The notes: generated by a model not told the origin, from the sequence alone. DNA of 62,411 nt, filler included, from Dehalococcoidia bacterium (GCA_040882355.1; 3 parts of 3 records of this genome joined end to end with filler, not necessarily neighbours in it), one strand, 5' to 3'; counted from the first letter of the whole stretch, positions 29,510-41,920 are shown. Numbers and translations: made by a program.

Positions 29510-29730
29510 CGGATAAACCAGCGCCCCCGACCCGTCGGTCGGAGGCGCTGCGGCTGCTCTCTTGTTTTTGCCGGCCCCGGCGCTCCTTGGCTCACGTGCG
29601 GGGCTTCTGCCCCAGTGGACCGCCTCGAAGGCCTTGTCCCGTTCACCGCACTCAGGGCTTCTCTTCTCGGTGAGTTATGGGCCGGGGCCGGTTCGCTTGA
29701 GCCCGTTCCCGTTCAGTGGCCTCACCTCCA
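29510..29730 (-). ncRNA. Candidate structured ncRNA (6S/Ms1-like)
   Basis: TATACT -10 at 29741-29736; closing stem GGAGGUG/CGCCUCC; A-rich bubble; 11-bp inner stem (29571-29581 with 29681-29691); terminal hairpin. Confidence 0.55.
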
Positions 29731-29907
29731 CTACCAGTATACCTCCGATCTGCTGCGCCCGGCGTGTCGCACGCGCCCTGTACCGCTGTCGATCGCTCGG
29801 TACCGTGAAGTCGCTGCCCGTCGATCCGTTGGCGAGTCCCCGGCCTGGCTCACGAAGGACTCCCTCCGTTCGCCCCGGGCCCGCTACAATGCAACCGACG
29901 GACGGGC

Positions 29908-31494
29908 ATGAATCTTCGTATGGCTCTTCGGGCCGCGACCCGGCGCCCTGCCTGGGGCGTCCTCGCAGCCACCACCGGCATTGCGGCGCTGACGGCTGCG
30001 ATGGCGCCCTTCCAGGCAGAGATTGGGCTGCTCAACGAGGGCCTGCTCTTCCTGCTGCTCGTGCTGCTCGTTTCGGCAACCTGGGGGTGGCAGGTTGGGC
30101 TGGTTTCCGCCCTCCTCGCGAACCTGACGCTCAACTTCTTCTTCGTCGACCCGTTGCACACGGTCACCGTGCAACGGCCGCGGGACCTCGTCGCGCTGTT
30201 GGTCTTCCTCGCAGTCTCGCTGATTGGCGGCTCTCTCCTCTCGCGCGCCCGCGCGTCTGCTGAGCATGCCCGCCGGCGTCAGGCGGAGACCGAAGTCTTG
30301 CTTGGGCTGAGCCGGGAGCTGATCGGCCAGGCCGGGCCCGTTGACGCGCTCACGACCCTCTGCGAGAACGTCGTGCGCTCTCTTCAGGCGCGGGGAGCAA
30401 GCGTGCTGAGTCCGGCCAACGGTGGCTGGGCCGTCCTCGCCTCGGCTGGGGACGAGACCACCCGGCGAACGATGACTCGCGACGAGGCGCTGACGGCGGA
30501 GCGCGCCGTTGAGTCGGAGTCGATCAGCCGGCTCGGCCATGTCGGGCTGCCTTCCGAGCGCCCGCTGCGCATCGCGGTTGCAGGCCGGGGTGTTCGTCAG
30601 GTAACGGAGGGCATGGCCTTCGTCCCGCTGCGCATCGGCGAGCGTCCGCTGGGCGTGCTCCGCGTCGACGGCCCGATCGGCGACACCCCGTTTCGCGAGC
30701 GTCCAGAGGACCTGCTGAACGCCTTCGCGCGCGAGGCCGCGCTCGCCGTTCAGCGCGTCGAGCTGGCGCACGAGGCCGCGCACGCGGACGCGCTGCGTGA
30801 GGCCGACGAGCTGAAGACGGCGCTCATGGCCTCGGTCTCGCATGACCTGAAGACACCGCTCGCGGGGATCAAGGCCGCCGTCTCGAGCCTGCTCGACCGA
30901 TCGGTCACCTGGTCGGACGAGGATGTCCAGGCGTTCCTGGCCACGATCGATTCTCAGGCGGACCGTCTGAACCGCGTAATCAGCGACATCCTCGATCTGA
31001 ACAGGATCGAGTCGGGTGTCGTGACACCGGTGCGCAGGTCGCTGGATGTGCGCCGGCTGCTCGATGAAGCCGTGGAGCGCACGCGGGCCGCCACGGCGGG
31101 GCGCGCGGTCGCCGTCGACGCGAGTGATGCGCTGCTGGCCGAAACAGACGAAGCGTTGGTGCTCCAAGCTCTGGTTAACCTCATCGAGAATGCCGCAAAG
31201 TACTCGACGCCCGGAGGAGCCATCCGGTTGCGCGCGGAGCCGTCAGCGGCCGGCGTGGAGCTGAGCGTGTCGGACGAAGGGCCGGGGATCGCGCAGCAGG
31301 ACCTGCCGCACGTCTTCGACCGCTTCTATCGCGCCCCTGAGCACAGCCGGCGGATCAAAGGCAGCGGCCTGGGCCTCGCCATCGTCAAGGGCTTTGTCAC
31401 GCTCTCCGGCGGAACCGTGCGTGTCGAGAGCTCGCCGCAAGGCACGCGCTTCGTCATCGCGCTGCCGGCGGCCGCCAGTGTGGGCGCGGCGTGA
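29908..31494 (+). CDS. kdpD: KdpD-type sensor histidine kinase, C-terminal half (DUF4118-GAF-HisKA-HATPase)
   Basis: TM helices with NFFFVDP; SVSHDLKTPL, NLIENAAKY and GSGLGL motifs. Confidence 0.88.
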   Translation: MNLRMALRAATRRPAWGVLAATTGIAALTAAMAPFQAEIGLLNEGLLFLLLVLLVSATWGWQVGLVSALLANLTLNFFFVDPLHTVTVQRPRDLVALLVFLAVSLIGGSLLSRARASAEHARRRQAETEVLLGLSRELIGQAGPVDALTTLCENVVRSLQARGASVLSPANGGWAVLASAGDETTRRTMTRDEALTAERAVESESISRLGHVGLPSERPLRIAVAGRGVRQVTEGMAFVPLRIGERPLGVLRVDGPIGDTPFRERPEDLLNAFAREAALAVQRVELAHEAAHADALREADELKTALMASVSHDLKTPLAGIKAAVSSLLDRSVTWSDEDVQAFLATIDSQADRLNRVISDILDLNRIESGVVTPVRRSLDVRRLLDEAVERTRAATAGRAVAVDASDALLAETDEALVLQALVNLIENAAKYSTPGGAIRLRAEPSAAGVELSVSDEGPGIAQQDLPHVFDRFYRAPEHSRRIKGSGLGLAIVKGFVTLSGGTVRVESSPQGTRFVIALPAAASVGAA

Positions 31495-32186
31495 AACCGC
31501 GCATCCTCATCGTCGACGACGAGACGCAATTGCGGCGCGCTCTGACGCGTTCGCTGGAGGGCCACGACTACGCCGTGCGCGAGGCCGAAGACGGCGCCGG
31601 CGCGCTGTCCGCCTTCGATGCGTTCAAGCCTGACCTGGTGCTACTCGACCTGATGTTGCCCGATATGGGCGGCGTCGACGTCTGCCGCGAGCTCCGTCGC
31701 AAGCACCAAACGCCGATCATCGTCCTGTCCGTGATCGGCGAGGAGATGACGAAGGTCGCCGCGCTGGACGAGGGCGCGGACGACTACCTGACGAAGCCCT
31801 TCGGCATGGACGAGCTGCTCGCGCGCGTGCGGGTGGCGCTGCGGCGTGGCGCCGCGGACAGGGCCCAGCAGGCCCGCATCTCATCCGGCGGGCTGACGAT
31901 CGACTTCGAGCGGCGGCTGGTGACGCTCGACGGTCGTGAGGTCCACCTCACACCGACCGAGTACAGCCTGCTCAAGTACCTGGCCTTCAACGCGGGCAAG
32001 GTGCTCACCCACACCATGATCCTGCGCGAGGTGTGGGGCGCCGACTACGTCAGCGACACGCACGTCCTGCGCACCTGCGTGAACCAGCTCCGCTCCAAGC
32101 TGAACGACGATGCCGGCTCGCCCCGCTACATCCGCACCGATCCCGGCGTGGGCTATCGGTTCGCCGCGCACGACGCGGAACGCTGA
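31491..32186 (+). CDS. kdpE: KdpE response regulator (OmpR family)
   Basis: ILIVDD, ADDYLTKPF, VHLTPTEY and PRYIRTDPGVGYRF motifs. Confidence 0.9.
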   Translation: MKPRILIVDDETQLRRALTRSLEGHDYAVREAEDGAGALSAFDAFKPDLVLLDLMLPDMGGVDVCRELRRKHQTPIIVLSVIGEEMTKVAALDEGADDYLTKPFGMDELLARVRVALRRGAADRAQQARISSGGLTIDFERRLVTLDGREVHLTPTEYSLLKYLAFNAGKVLTHTMILREVWGADYVSDTHVLRTCVNQLRSKLNDDAGSPRYIRTDPGVGYRFAAHDAER

Positions 32187-32254
32187 CAACTTCCGTATCC
32201 TTGCGGGCCGTTTGGCACATGCCTTCCTGACAGCCTTCGCCTTAGGATGCCAGT

Positions 32255-32641
32255 ATGCGCGTACTTCTCGTGGAGGACGAAGGCCCGCTCGCCGACACGA
32301 TCGCTCGTAGCCTGCGGGCTCGCGGCTACCAGACGACCGTGGCCCCGACCGGTGAGAGCGCGATGGCGGAGCTGACGCGCGCGCGCCCCGACGTTGTGGT
32401 GCTGGACGTGAACCTGCCGGACCTCACCGGTTGGGACATCCTGCGCCGCCTGAGCGAATCGGACCAGCCGCGCCCGGGGGTTGTCGTCATCTCAGCCGGG
32501 CCGATCTCGCAGAAACGGATCGAGGAGCTGCGCCCGGACAAGTGGCTGGAGAAGCCGTTTCCGCTCGATGCGCTGATCCGAGCGCTCCAGGAGTTAGAGC
32601 TGTCGCCTAGCGATGGTCAAGAGGACGGAGGGAGGACGTAG
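32255..32641 (+). CDS. Single-domain response regulator
   Basis: VLLVEDE, VLDVNLPD and KPF motifs. Confidence 0.88.
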   Translation: MRVLLVEDEGPLADTIARSLRARGYQTTVAPTGESAMAELTRARPDVVVLDVNLPDLTGWDILRRLSESDQPRPGVVVISAGPISQKRIEELRPDKWLEKPFPLDALIRALQELELSPSDGQEDGGRT

Positions 32642-32724
32642 TGGCCGACCTGGTGTTCGTGGTCGTGAGTCTGGCGGTGTTCGCCGTCGCGTTTGCCGCT
32701 GTCTGGGCGTTCGAGAAGGTCTGA
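32641..32724 (+). CDS. Small hydrophobic peptide upstream of kdpF (27 aa)
   Basis: MADLVFVVVSLAVFAVAFAAVWAFEKV; GGAGG RBS; absent from the ORF track. Confidence 0.7.
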   Translation: MADLVFVVVSLAVFAVAFAAVWAFEKV

Positions 32725-32727
32725 GCG

Positions 32728-32811
32728 ATGAAAGACGTCGTACTGTCTATCGGCGCCAGCATCGTGATGCTCTACCTGATCATCGCGCTGATCCGGCCGG
32801 AGCGGTTCTAA
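32728..32811 (+). CDS. kdpF: K+-transporting ATPase subunit F
   Basis: MKDVVLSIGASIVMLYLIIALIRPERF with the YL..AL..PERF signature. Confidence 0.9.
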   Translation: MKDVVLSIGASIVMLYLIIALIRPERF

Positions 32812-32820
32812 GGGGGCGTG

Positions 32821-34557
32821 ATGACTGTCGGCGGGATCATCCACATTTTTCTCTACCTCGGCGTGATCCTCCTCTTGACGAAGCCGCTGGGCGCCTACAT
32901 GGCCGCGGTCTTCCAGGGCGAGGGCGCCCTTCCCACGCGGGTCTTCGCGCCGGTCGAGCGCGTGGTCTACCGCGTCTTCATGGTCGACGAGAAGGCGGAG
33001 ATGGACTGGAAGCGCTATGCGCTCAGCGTGCTGATGTTCAGCGTGCTGAGCATGCTCGCGGTCTACATCATCCTGCGGGCGCAAGGCGGCCTGCCGCTCA
33101 ACCCGCAGGACTTCCCCAGCACGACGAGTCACCTCGCCTTCAACACGGCGGCGAGCTTCACGTCGAACACGAACTGGCAGTCGTACGGCGGTGAGACGAC
33201 GCTGAGCTACTTCTCGCAGATGGTGGCGCTCACCGTCCAGAACTTCGTCTCGGCGGCCGTCGGCATCGCCGTCGTCATCGTCCTGATCCGGGCGTTCGCA
33301 CGCCGGACAACGACCGACCTGGGCAACTTCTGGGTCGACCTGACCCGCTGTGTGCTCTGGATCCTGCTGCCGCTCTCGATCATCTTCGCGCTCCTGCTCG
33401 TCTCGCAGGGCGTGATCCAGGGCTTCAGCGGCTACAAGGAGGTCACGACGGTCGAAGGCGCGAAGCAGGTGCTGGCGATGGGCCCCGCCGCCTCGCAGAT
33501 CGCGATCAAGCAGCTCGGCACGAACGGCGGCGGCTTCTTCAACGCCAACTCCGCCGTGCCGTTTGAGAACCCGACGCCCGCCTCGAACTTCCTCGAGTCG
33601 ATCGCGATCTTCCTGATTCCGGCGGGCCTGACCTATACGTTCGGCAGGATGGTCGGCAGCCAGAAGCAGGGCTGGGCGATCTTCGCGGCGATGTCGATCA
33701 TCTTCCTCGCCGGCGCGTTCGGCACGTACGCAGCCGAGCAGACAGGTAACCCCACGCTTGGCGACCGCGGCGTCGACCAGTCGTACGCCACCGGTGACGA
33801 GGCCTCGTCCGGCGGGAACATGGAGGGCAAGGACGTGCGCTTCGGCATCGCCGATTCGGCGATCTGGGCGGTCGCGACGACCGCCGCCTCCAACGGCTCG
33901 GTCAACTCGATGCACGACAGCTACACGCCGCTCGGCGGCGTGATCCCGCTCTTCAACATGCACCTGGGCGAGGTGGTCTTCGGTGGCGTCGGCTCGGGCC
34001 TCTACGGCATGCTCGTGTTCGCGATCATCTCCGTCTTCATCGCCGGCCTGATGATCGGCCGCACCCCGGAGTACCTCGGCAAGAAGATCGGGCCCAAGGA
34101 GATGAAGCTGGCCGGCATCTACTTCCTCATCCCTTCCGCGCTGATCCTGGTGCTGACCGCGGTCGCCGTCTCCGTGAGCCAGGGTCAGGCTGGTCCGCTG
34201 AACGCAGGCGCCCATGGCTTCAGCGAAGTCCTCTACGCGTACTCGTCCGCCGGGCAGAACAACGGATCGGCGTTCGCGGGCCTCACAGCCAACACATCGT
34301 TCTACAACTCGTCACAGGGCATCGCGATGCTCCTGGGGCGATTCCTACCGATGCTCGCGATCCTGGCCCTGGCGGGTGCCTTGGTCACGAAGCAGAAGGT
34401 TCCTGCGACCGCAGGGACGCTTCCAACCGACTCGTCCCTGTTCGTCTTCTTCTTGATCGGAGTCGTGATTATCGTCGGCGGTCTCACCTTCTTCCCGGCG
34501 CTCGCCCTGGGGCCGATCGCCGAGCACTTCCTCGTGCACGCAGGCGTGCTGTCGTAA
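32821..34557 (+). CDS. kdpA: K+-transporting ATPase subunit A
   Basis: NTNWQSYGGE, LGTNGGGFF, SNGSVNSMHDS and NNGSAFAGL motifs. Confidence 0.97.
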   Translation: MTVGGIIHIFLYLGVILLLTKPLGAYMAAVFQGEGALPTRVFAPVERVVYRVFMVDEKAEMDWKRYALSVLMFSVLSMLAVYIILRAQGGLPLNPQDFPSTTSHLAFNTAASFTSNTNWQSYGGETTLSYFSQMVALTVQNFVSAAVGIAVVIVLIRAFARRTTTDLGNFWVDLTRCVLWILLPLSIIFALLLVSQGVIQGFSGYKEVTTVEGAKQVLAMGPAASQIAIKQLGTNGGGFFNANSAVPFENPTPASNFLESIAIFLIPAGLTYTFGRMVGSQKQGWAIFAAMSIIFLAGAFGTYAAEQTGNPTLGDRGVDQSYATGDEASSGGNMEGKDVRFGIADSAIWAVATTAASNGSVNSMHDSYTPLGGVIPLFNMHLGEVVFGGVGSGLYGMLVFAIISVFIAGLMIGRTPEYLGKKIGPKEMKLAGIYFLIPSALILVLTAVAVSVSQGQAGPLNAGAHGFSEVLYAYSSAGQNNGSAFAGLTANTSFYNSSQGIAMLLGRFLPMLAILALAGALVTKQKVPATAGTLPTDSSLFVFFLIGVVIIVGGLTFFPALALGPIAEHFLVHAGVLS

Positions 34558-34572
34558 AGGGTGGAGAAGGAG

Positions 34573-36642
<2,070 letters not shown>

Positions 36643-36660
36643 CAGGCTGGGAGGTACGTC

Positions 36661-37266
36661 ATGCTTCGAAACCTCGTCGTCGACCTGAGAACAGGGATCA
36701 TCGCCCTCGTAGCGTTCACCGTCCTCACGGGGCTGGTCTATCCCTACGCCATCACAGGCATCGCCCAGGGCGTCTTCAACCGCCAGGCGAACGGCAGCCT
36801 GGTCAAGGTGGACGGCGAAGCCGTCGGGTCGTCCCTGGTCGGCCAGAACTTCGGCGCGCCGGAGTACTTCCACCCGCGGCCTTCGGCAGCCGGCGCGGAC
36901 GGCTACGATGGCGGCGCCTCGTCCGGCTCGAACCTCGGCCCGTCGAGCCAGGACCTCGCGGACCGCGTCGAGGCGGACGTTGCGCGCATCCGCGAAGAGA
37001 ACGGCTTGCCCGCCGACGCCGAGATACCGGTTGATGCAGTCACGGCGTCCGCCAGCGGCCTCGACCCGCACATCTCGCCTGCATACGCGGAGCTGCAGGT
37101 CGCCCGCGTAGCTGAGCAGCGAGGCATGACGGAGGACGACGTGCGCGAGCTCGTCGACAAGCACACCGACGGCTCGACACTAGGCGTGCTGGGCGAACCG
37201 CGGGTGAACGTGCTCCTACTCAACCTGGCGCTGGACCGTGCTGAGCCATTGTCCGAGGCACCATAA
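36661..37266 (+). CDS. kdpC: K+-transporting ATPase subunit C
   Basis: [15 protein letters not shown] and [10 protein letters not shown] motifs. Confidence 0.97.
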   Translation: MLRNLVVDLRTGIIALVAFTVLTGLVYPYAITGIAQGVFNRQANGSLVKVDGEAVGSSLVGQNFGAPEYFHPRPSAAGADGYDGGASSGSNLGPSSQDLADRVEADVARIREENGLPADAEIPVDAVTASASGLDPHISPAYAELQVARVAEQRGMTEDDVRELVDKHTDGSTLGVLGEPRVNVLLLNLALDRAEPLSEAP

Positions 37267-37646
37267 TGAGCTCGGAAGTCGTCATCATCGGCCAGCGGAT
37301 GGAGGACCTGATCGCTGTGTCTACGCGCCTCCGTCCTGGTACACGGAGGCAGACGTTGCTCCAAACGAGAGACGTTGTGCGGAGCGCCCAGCGTGTCGTG
37401 GCGAGGGCGCCCGGGGCGCTTGTCCTGTTCCTCACGGAGCGCGACAACCTGGCGGACCTGCGAACGCTGCTCGCATCGACCGAAGCTCGCGTGCTCATGA
37501 TCGCTCCACAGTCGCCACCGCACGCCTCGCTCGCGCGGCTGGCCGCCGAGTACGAGGCCGGCATCTGTGGCAAGGACGACGCCACCGCGGTGCGCGAAGC
37601 GATGCTCGTCGCCCTCATCGCCCAGCCGGCGGAGGCCTCGTCTTGA
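37266..37646 (+). CDS. Hypothetical protein within the kdp operon
   Basis: 126 aa; overlaps the kdpC stop and the start of the next gene. Confidence 0.6.
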   Translation: MSSEVVIIGQRMEDLIAVSTRLRPGTRRQTLLQTRDVVRSAQRVVARAPGALVLFLTERDNLADLRTLLASTEARVLMIAPQSPPHASLARLAAEYEAGICGKDDATAVREAMLVALIAQPAEASS

Positions 37647-38785
37647 CGACCCGCGACGACACGCGGCCCGATCCAGACGCGCTCCTCGCGCGCGTGACGC
37701 GTGAGGAGCGAACGGACGGGCGCGGCCGCCTCCGCGTCTACCTGGGCGCGTTCCCGGGCGTTGGAAAGACATACACCATGCTCAGCGAGGCGCGGCGGCG
37801 CAAGAGCTACGGCGAGGATGTCGTCGTGGGTTTCGTCGAAACGCACGGTCGCCCCGCAACGGCCGCAATGCTGGAGGGCCTCGATATCATCCCGACCCGG
37901 CACGTCGACTACAAGGGCGTGGTGATCGAAGAGCTGGACGTTGAGGGCGTGCTGGCCCGAAGGCCCGCCGTCTGCCTGGTGGACGAGCTGGCGCACACGA
38001 ACCCGCCCGGCTCCGAGCGGGAAAAGCGTTATGAGGACGTCGTCGTCCTGCTCGACGCCGGCATCAACGTGGTCACCACGCTCAACATCCAGCACATCGA
38101 GAGCCTGAACGACACCGTCGCCGCGCTCACGGGCGTGAAGGTGCGCGAGACGATCCCCGACCGCGTCGTCGATGAGGCGGACGAAATCATCTTGATCGAC
38201 CTCTCGCCCGAGGGCGCGCGCGCCCGCTTGCAGCATGGACACATCTACCCCCCAGCGCAGGCCGCCGCCGCGTTGGAGAACTTCTTCCGGCCGGCCAACC
38301 TTGCCGCCCTGCGCGAGATGGCGCTACGCCGGACGGCGCAAGAAGTGGATGAGCAACTCGAAGTGTGGATGCGCGAGTCGGGGCGGGACCAGACCGGTCT
38401 CGAGGAGCACGTGCTCGTCTACATCGACGCGTCGGTATTCTCGCGAACGCAGATCCGCAGGGGCTGGCGCCTGGCGCAAGGGCTCCATGGCGACCTGCTC
38501 GTCGCCTACCTGCGACGCGAGTTCTCGGATGAAGATCAGATCGAGCTGGCGCGCACGATCGAGCTGGCGGAGGACCTGAATGCGCGCGTGTTCCCGCTGG
38601 AGGCGCAGGACGAAGCGAAGGCGCTGGAGGCGATCATCACCTCCCAAAACATTCAGCACGTCGTCCTGGGCCATCGAACCCGTGGCGGGCTCGGAAGCCG
38701 CTGGCGGCCGTCGCTCGCCGAACGGCTGCTCGAGGCCTGTTCGCAAGTCGAAGTGCACCTGGTTGCGCAGCGCGACATCTCATAG
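37643..38785 (+). CDS. kdpD: KdpD N-terminal half (KdpD domain plus USP domain)
   Basis: GRLRVYLGAFPGVGKTY, VDELAHTN, TTLNIQHIESLND and LREMALR motifs; no kinase domain. Confidence 0.9.
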   Translation: MTTRDDTRPDPDALLARVTREERTDGRGRLRVYLGAFPGVGKTYTMLSEARRRKSYGEDVVVGFVETHGRPATAAMLEGLDIIPTRHVDYKGVVIEELDVEGVLARRPAVCLVDELAHTNPPGSEREKRYEDVVVLLDAGINVVTTLNIQHIESLNDTVAALTGVKVRETIPDRVVDEADEIILIDLSPEGARARLQHGHIYPPAQAAAALENFFRPANLAALREMALRRTAQEVDEQLEVWMRESGRDQTGLEEHVLVYIDASVFSRTQIRRGWRLAQGLHGDLLVAYLRREFSDEDQIELARTIELAEDLNARVFPLEAQDEAKALEAIITSQNIQHVVLGHRTRGGLGSRWRPSLAERLLEACSQVEVHLVAQRDIS

Positions 38786-38879
38786 CCGCGGGGTAGCCCT
38801 TGTTGACCCGAAGGGTCCGCTGATCGCAGGCAGACGGCGCGTTCCCGCGTGCCTGAGCGGCTGATACAATAGCGGCGCA

Positions 38880-40202
38880 TTGGAGTCGGACAGTCCCGCC
38901 AAGCTCCGCCGCAGCCTCGGCCTCTTCGAGACGACGCTCGGCGGCATCGGCATCATCCTGGGCGCCGGCATCTACGCACTCGTCGGCGAGGTGGCGGGCA
39001 AGGCAGGCGACGCCCTCTGGCTCTCGTTCCTGATGGCGGCGGGCATGGCCGCCGTCATCGGGCTGGGTTACGCCGAGCTCGCCTCCACCTTCCCGCGCGC
39101 CGGCGCAGATTTCGAGTACACGCGACGCGCGCTAGGGCCTCGTGCCGCGTTCGTCGTCGGCTGGTTGATCGTCATCGGCAACCTGGTCGCGGCGGCGGCG
39201 GTCGCGCTCGGCTTCGGCGGCTACCTGAGTTACTTCATCGATCTGCCGGCGACGCCGCTGGCGCTCGGCGCGCTCGTCGTCGCGACCTTGATCGCCTTCT
39301 ACGGCATCAAGCAGGCGGTGTGGACGTCGATCGTGCTTACCTTCGTCGAGGCGGCGGGCCTCATCTTCATCATCACAATCGGCGTGCCCCACCTCGGCGA
39401 CGCGGACCTGCTGGAGACCCAACATGGTGCGACGGGAGTCTTCTCGGGCGCGGCGTTGGTGATGTTCGCCTTCATCGGCTTCGAACAGGTGGCGACGCTG
39501 GCCGAGGAGACCCGCGACGCGGCCCGCATCGTGCCCAGGGCGCTGCTCATCTCCCTCGCTGTCACGACAGTCCTCTACCTGCTCGTCGCCGTCGCTTCGG
39601 TGAGCGTGCTCGGCTGGGAGGCGCTCAGCTCGAGCGACGCGCCACTGGCGGACGTCGCTGCCGAAGTGCTGGGCGGCCGCGCATCCGACTTCGTCGCGGT
39701 CGTCGCGCTCTTCTCGACCGGCAACACCATCCTGCTGCTGCTCGTGGCCGCATCGCGGCTGATCTACGGCATGGCGGACACCAACGCCCTGCCGCGCTTC
39801 CTCGCCTGGGTGCACCCGCGCGCGCAGACGCCGGTGCGCGCGATCGCGCTGTCGCTCGTCGTCTCGGCGGGCTTCGCGCTGTCCGGCGATCTCGCGCTCG
39901 TCGCGGGCGCGACGAACTTCGCGGTCTTCATCGGCTTCGCCGCCGTGAACCTCTCGCTCATCGTCCTGCGCTACACCCATCCCGACGTCGAGCGCCCGTT
40001 TCGCGTACCGCTGAGCATCGGGCGCATGCCGGTACTGCCCGTCGTCGCGCTCGCCTCGGTCGCGTTCATGATGGCGAACCTGGAGCATGACGTGCTGCTC
40101 ATCGGCGGCGGGCTCTTCCTCTCCGGCGTCGTGGCGATGGAGGTGCTGTCGTTGTGGCGACCACTGTCCCGCAGCGGAGCTAAGGACAGCCAATCGTCTT
40201 AG
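38880..40202 (+). CDS. APC family amino acid permease
   Basis: GIILGAGIY and FAFIGFE..LAEE motifs; many TM helices. Confidence 0.92.
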   Translation: MESDSPAKLRRSLGLFETTLGGIGIILGAGIYALVGEVAGKAGDALWLSFLMAAGMAAVIGLGYAELASTFPRAGADFEYTRRALGPRAAFVVGWLIVIGNLVAAAAVALGFGGYLSYFIDLPATPLALGALVVATLIAFYGIKQAVWTSIVLTFVEAAGLIFIITIGVPHLGDADLLETQHGATGVFSGAALVMFAFIGFEQVATLAEETRDAARIVPRALLISLAVTTVLYLLVAVASVSVLGWEALSSSDAPLADVAAEVLGGRASDFVAVVALFSTGNTILLLLVAASRLIYGMADTNALPRFLAWVHPRAQTPVRAIALSLVVSAGFALSGDLALVAGATNFAVFIGFAAVNLSLIVLRYTHPDVERPFRVPLSIGRMPVLPVVALASVAFMMANLEHDVLLIGGGLFLSGVVAMEVLSLWRPLSRSGAKDSQSS

Positions 40203-40229
40203 CCCGCCGCTGATATGCAAGGCACGGCG

Positions 40230-40313
40230 CGGTCGTTCAGGCGGCGGATCAGGTCCTGCACCTCCACTGCGACGATGACGGACAGCGCCACCGCGATCAT
40301 CTTCGACCAGATC
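40230..40313 (-). pseudogene. Relic of a cation-transporting P-type ATPase 3' end
   Basis: Translates as IWSKMIAVALSVIVAVEVQDLIRRLNDR, versus MWPKMIGVALSVIVAVELHKLIRRPNER in 41921-44626. Confidence 0.75.
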
Positions 40314-40499
40314 GGCGGGTTGCTCGCGCTCAGCGGGCGCGTCAGTCTGTGGTCTTCCGGGTCGAGCCGCGCGCGGAGCCAGGAATCGCCGCGCGGCGGA
40401 TCAGCGAGGTCTTTCCTTCACGGCGACGACACTGCAGGCCGAGCCATGGGAGACGATCGGCGAAGTGATCCTCGCCGTCAGGGGGTGCGGCGCATGGTG

Positions 40500-41147
40500 C
40501 TAGCTGACCAGAGTCACCGGGCACGAGGCTTCCCGGACGACTTTCTCCGACACCGATCCCAGAAGCGCCTTCGCAGCCCACCCTCGGCCTCGCCGCCCCA
40601 TTACGACAAGATCGTAGGCATCCTTGCCCACGACTTCCAGGATCTCGGTGGCCGGATCACCAAAGCGGATAATCGGTTTACAAACGAGCCCGGCTGCCCG
40701 CAGCGAAGCGCCCGCGGAACCAAGGTGCCGCTGAATCTCTTGCTCAAGGTCGCGCCGCCGAGGAGACCCTTCCTCTGCCGATTGGCCCTCAGCGCGTTCG
40801 ATTGCTAGAACGCCCAGGATCGATACCTCGCTCAGGCGAGGGCCAAGACGCTCGACCACGTATCGTACTGCGCGCTCGCTCGGGGCCGAACCGTCCACCG
40901 GCACCAGAACGCGCGGGCCGGCTACGGCGGCTGCGCGGCTGCCCGGACCGGCAAGGCCGGGCCGCGCGCGCCGCAGATCGTCCTGATGCACAAAGACCAG
41001 CAAGAGAAAGGCGATGGGGCCGACGGCGCTTCCCAGGAACAGCCAGGCGAACGGGTCTCTTCCCCAGCGGCTTGCCGCCAGGGCGGAGAGTGCGCCGAAG
41101 ATAAGGTTAACGCCAACCCAAGCGATAATGAGGACAGTAAACGGCAT
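40500..41147 (-). CDS. Universal stress protein with N-terminal membrane segments
   Basis: VLVPVDGS...GDPA..I..VVMGRRG..LLGSVSEKVV..CPV. Confidence 0.88.
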   Translation of the reverse strand: MPFTVLIIAWVGVNLIFGALSALAASRWGRDPFAWLFLGSAVGPIAFLLLVFVHQDDLRRARPGLAGPGSRAAAVAGPRVLVPVDGSAPSERAVRYVVERLGPRLSEVSILGVLAIERAEGQSAEEGSPRRRDLEQEIQRHLGSAGASLRAAGLVCKPIIRFGDPATEILEVVGKDAYDLVVMGRRGRGWAAKALLGSVSEKVVREASCPVTLVS

Positions 41148-41409
41148 GGTTGACCTCCTGAGGGCTCGTTCTCTCGCCGTGCGCCCCACTCGAGTTCCCG
41201 GAGTCACGTTAGCATTTTGGCAGCGACCGCGACGATGGTGGCCTCGCTTTTTTTTGAGCTACGAACTCTCGGTACAATTGAGTTCCCAGAGTCGCACGCA
41301 AGTAGACGACGTGTGCCTACGAGCATCGTATGACCTGTGTGCCCAGGGATCGTATTCACGCCATGGCTACCGCCCTCCGGGGTCGGGTGGCCGGGAAAGT
41401 GAGGGCGCA

Positions 41410-41862
41410 GTGAAGGTTCGCGACATCATGGTAAAACCGGTTATCGTCGCGCGCGAGGACACCCCTCTGTACGAGGTAGCGCAGACGATGCTGAAGCGAG
41501 GCATCGGATGTGTGCCCGTGGTGGACGAGAAGGGAGAGCTGCAGGGCATCATCACCGAGTCGGATTTCATTGGCAAGGAGCGCGGGCTTCCCTTCTCGAC
41601 GTTCAGCGCCCCTCAGGTCTTCGGCGAATGGTTTGGCCACGATGACCTGGAGCGTCTGCATCAGGCGGCTCGCGAACGAAAGGCTAAGGAGATCATGAGC
41701 CGCCCTGTCGTGACCACCGGAGAGGAAGAAACAGCCACTGATTTGGTCAAGCGAATGATTGACTGCGACCTGAAACGCATACCAGTCGTGCGCGACAAGA
41801 TACCCGTTGGTATCGTCGCCCGCCACGATCTCCTCAAACTGATGGCTGAGGGACCTGGCTAA
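41410..41862 (+). CDS. CBS domain protein
   Basis: KVRDIM, VPVVD..G..GIITESD and GIVARHDLL motifs. Confidence 0.9.
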   Translation: MKVRDIMVKPVIVAREDTPLYEVAQTMLKRGIGCVPVVDEKGELQGIITESDFIGKERGLPFSTFSAPQVFGEWFGHDDLERLHQAARERKAKEIMSRPVVTTGEEETATDLVKRMIDCDLKRIPVVRDKIPVGIVARHDLLKLMAEGPG

Positions 41863-41920
41863 CGGCATCAGCGAGTCTGAGCATGGAAACCTGCCACTGC
41901 GTAACACCTAGCGGAGCGCG

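Noticed and set aside
41300..41345. Additional DosR-like boxes between the USP and CBS genes
   Set aside because: The matches are too degenerate to support.
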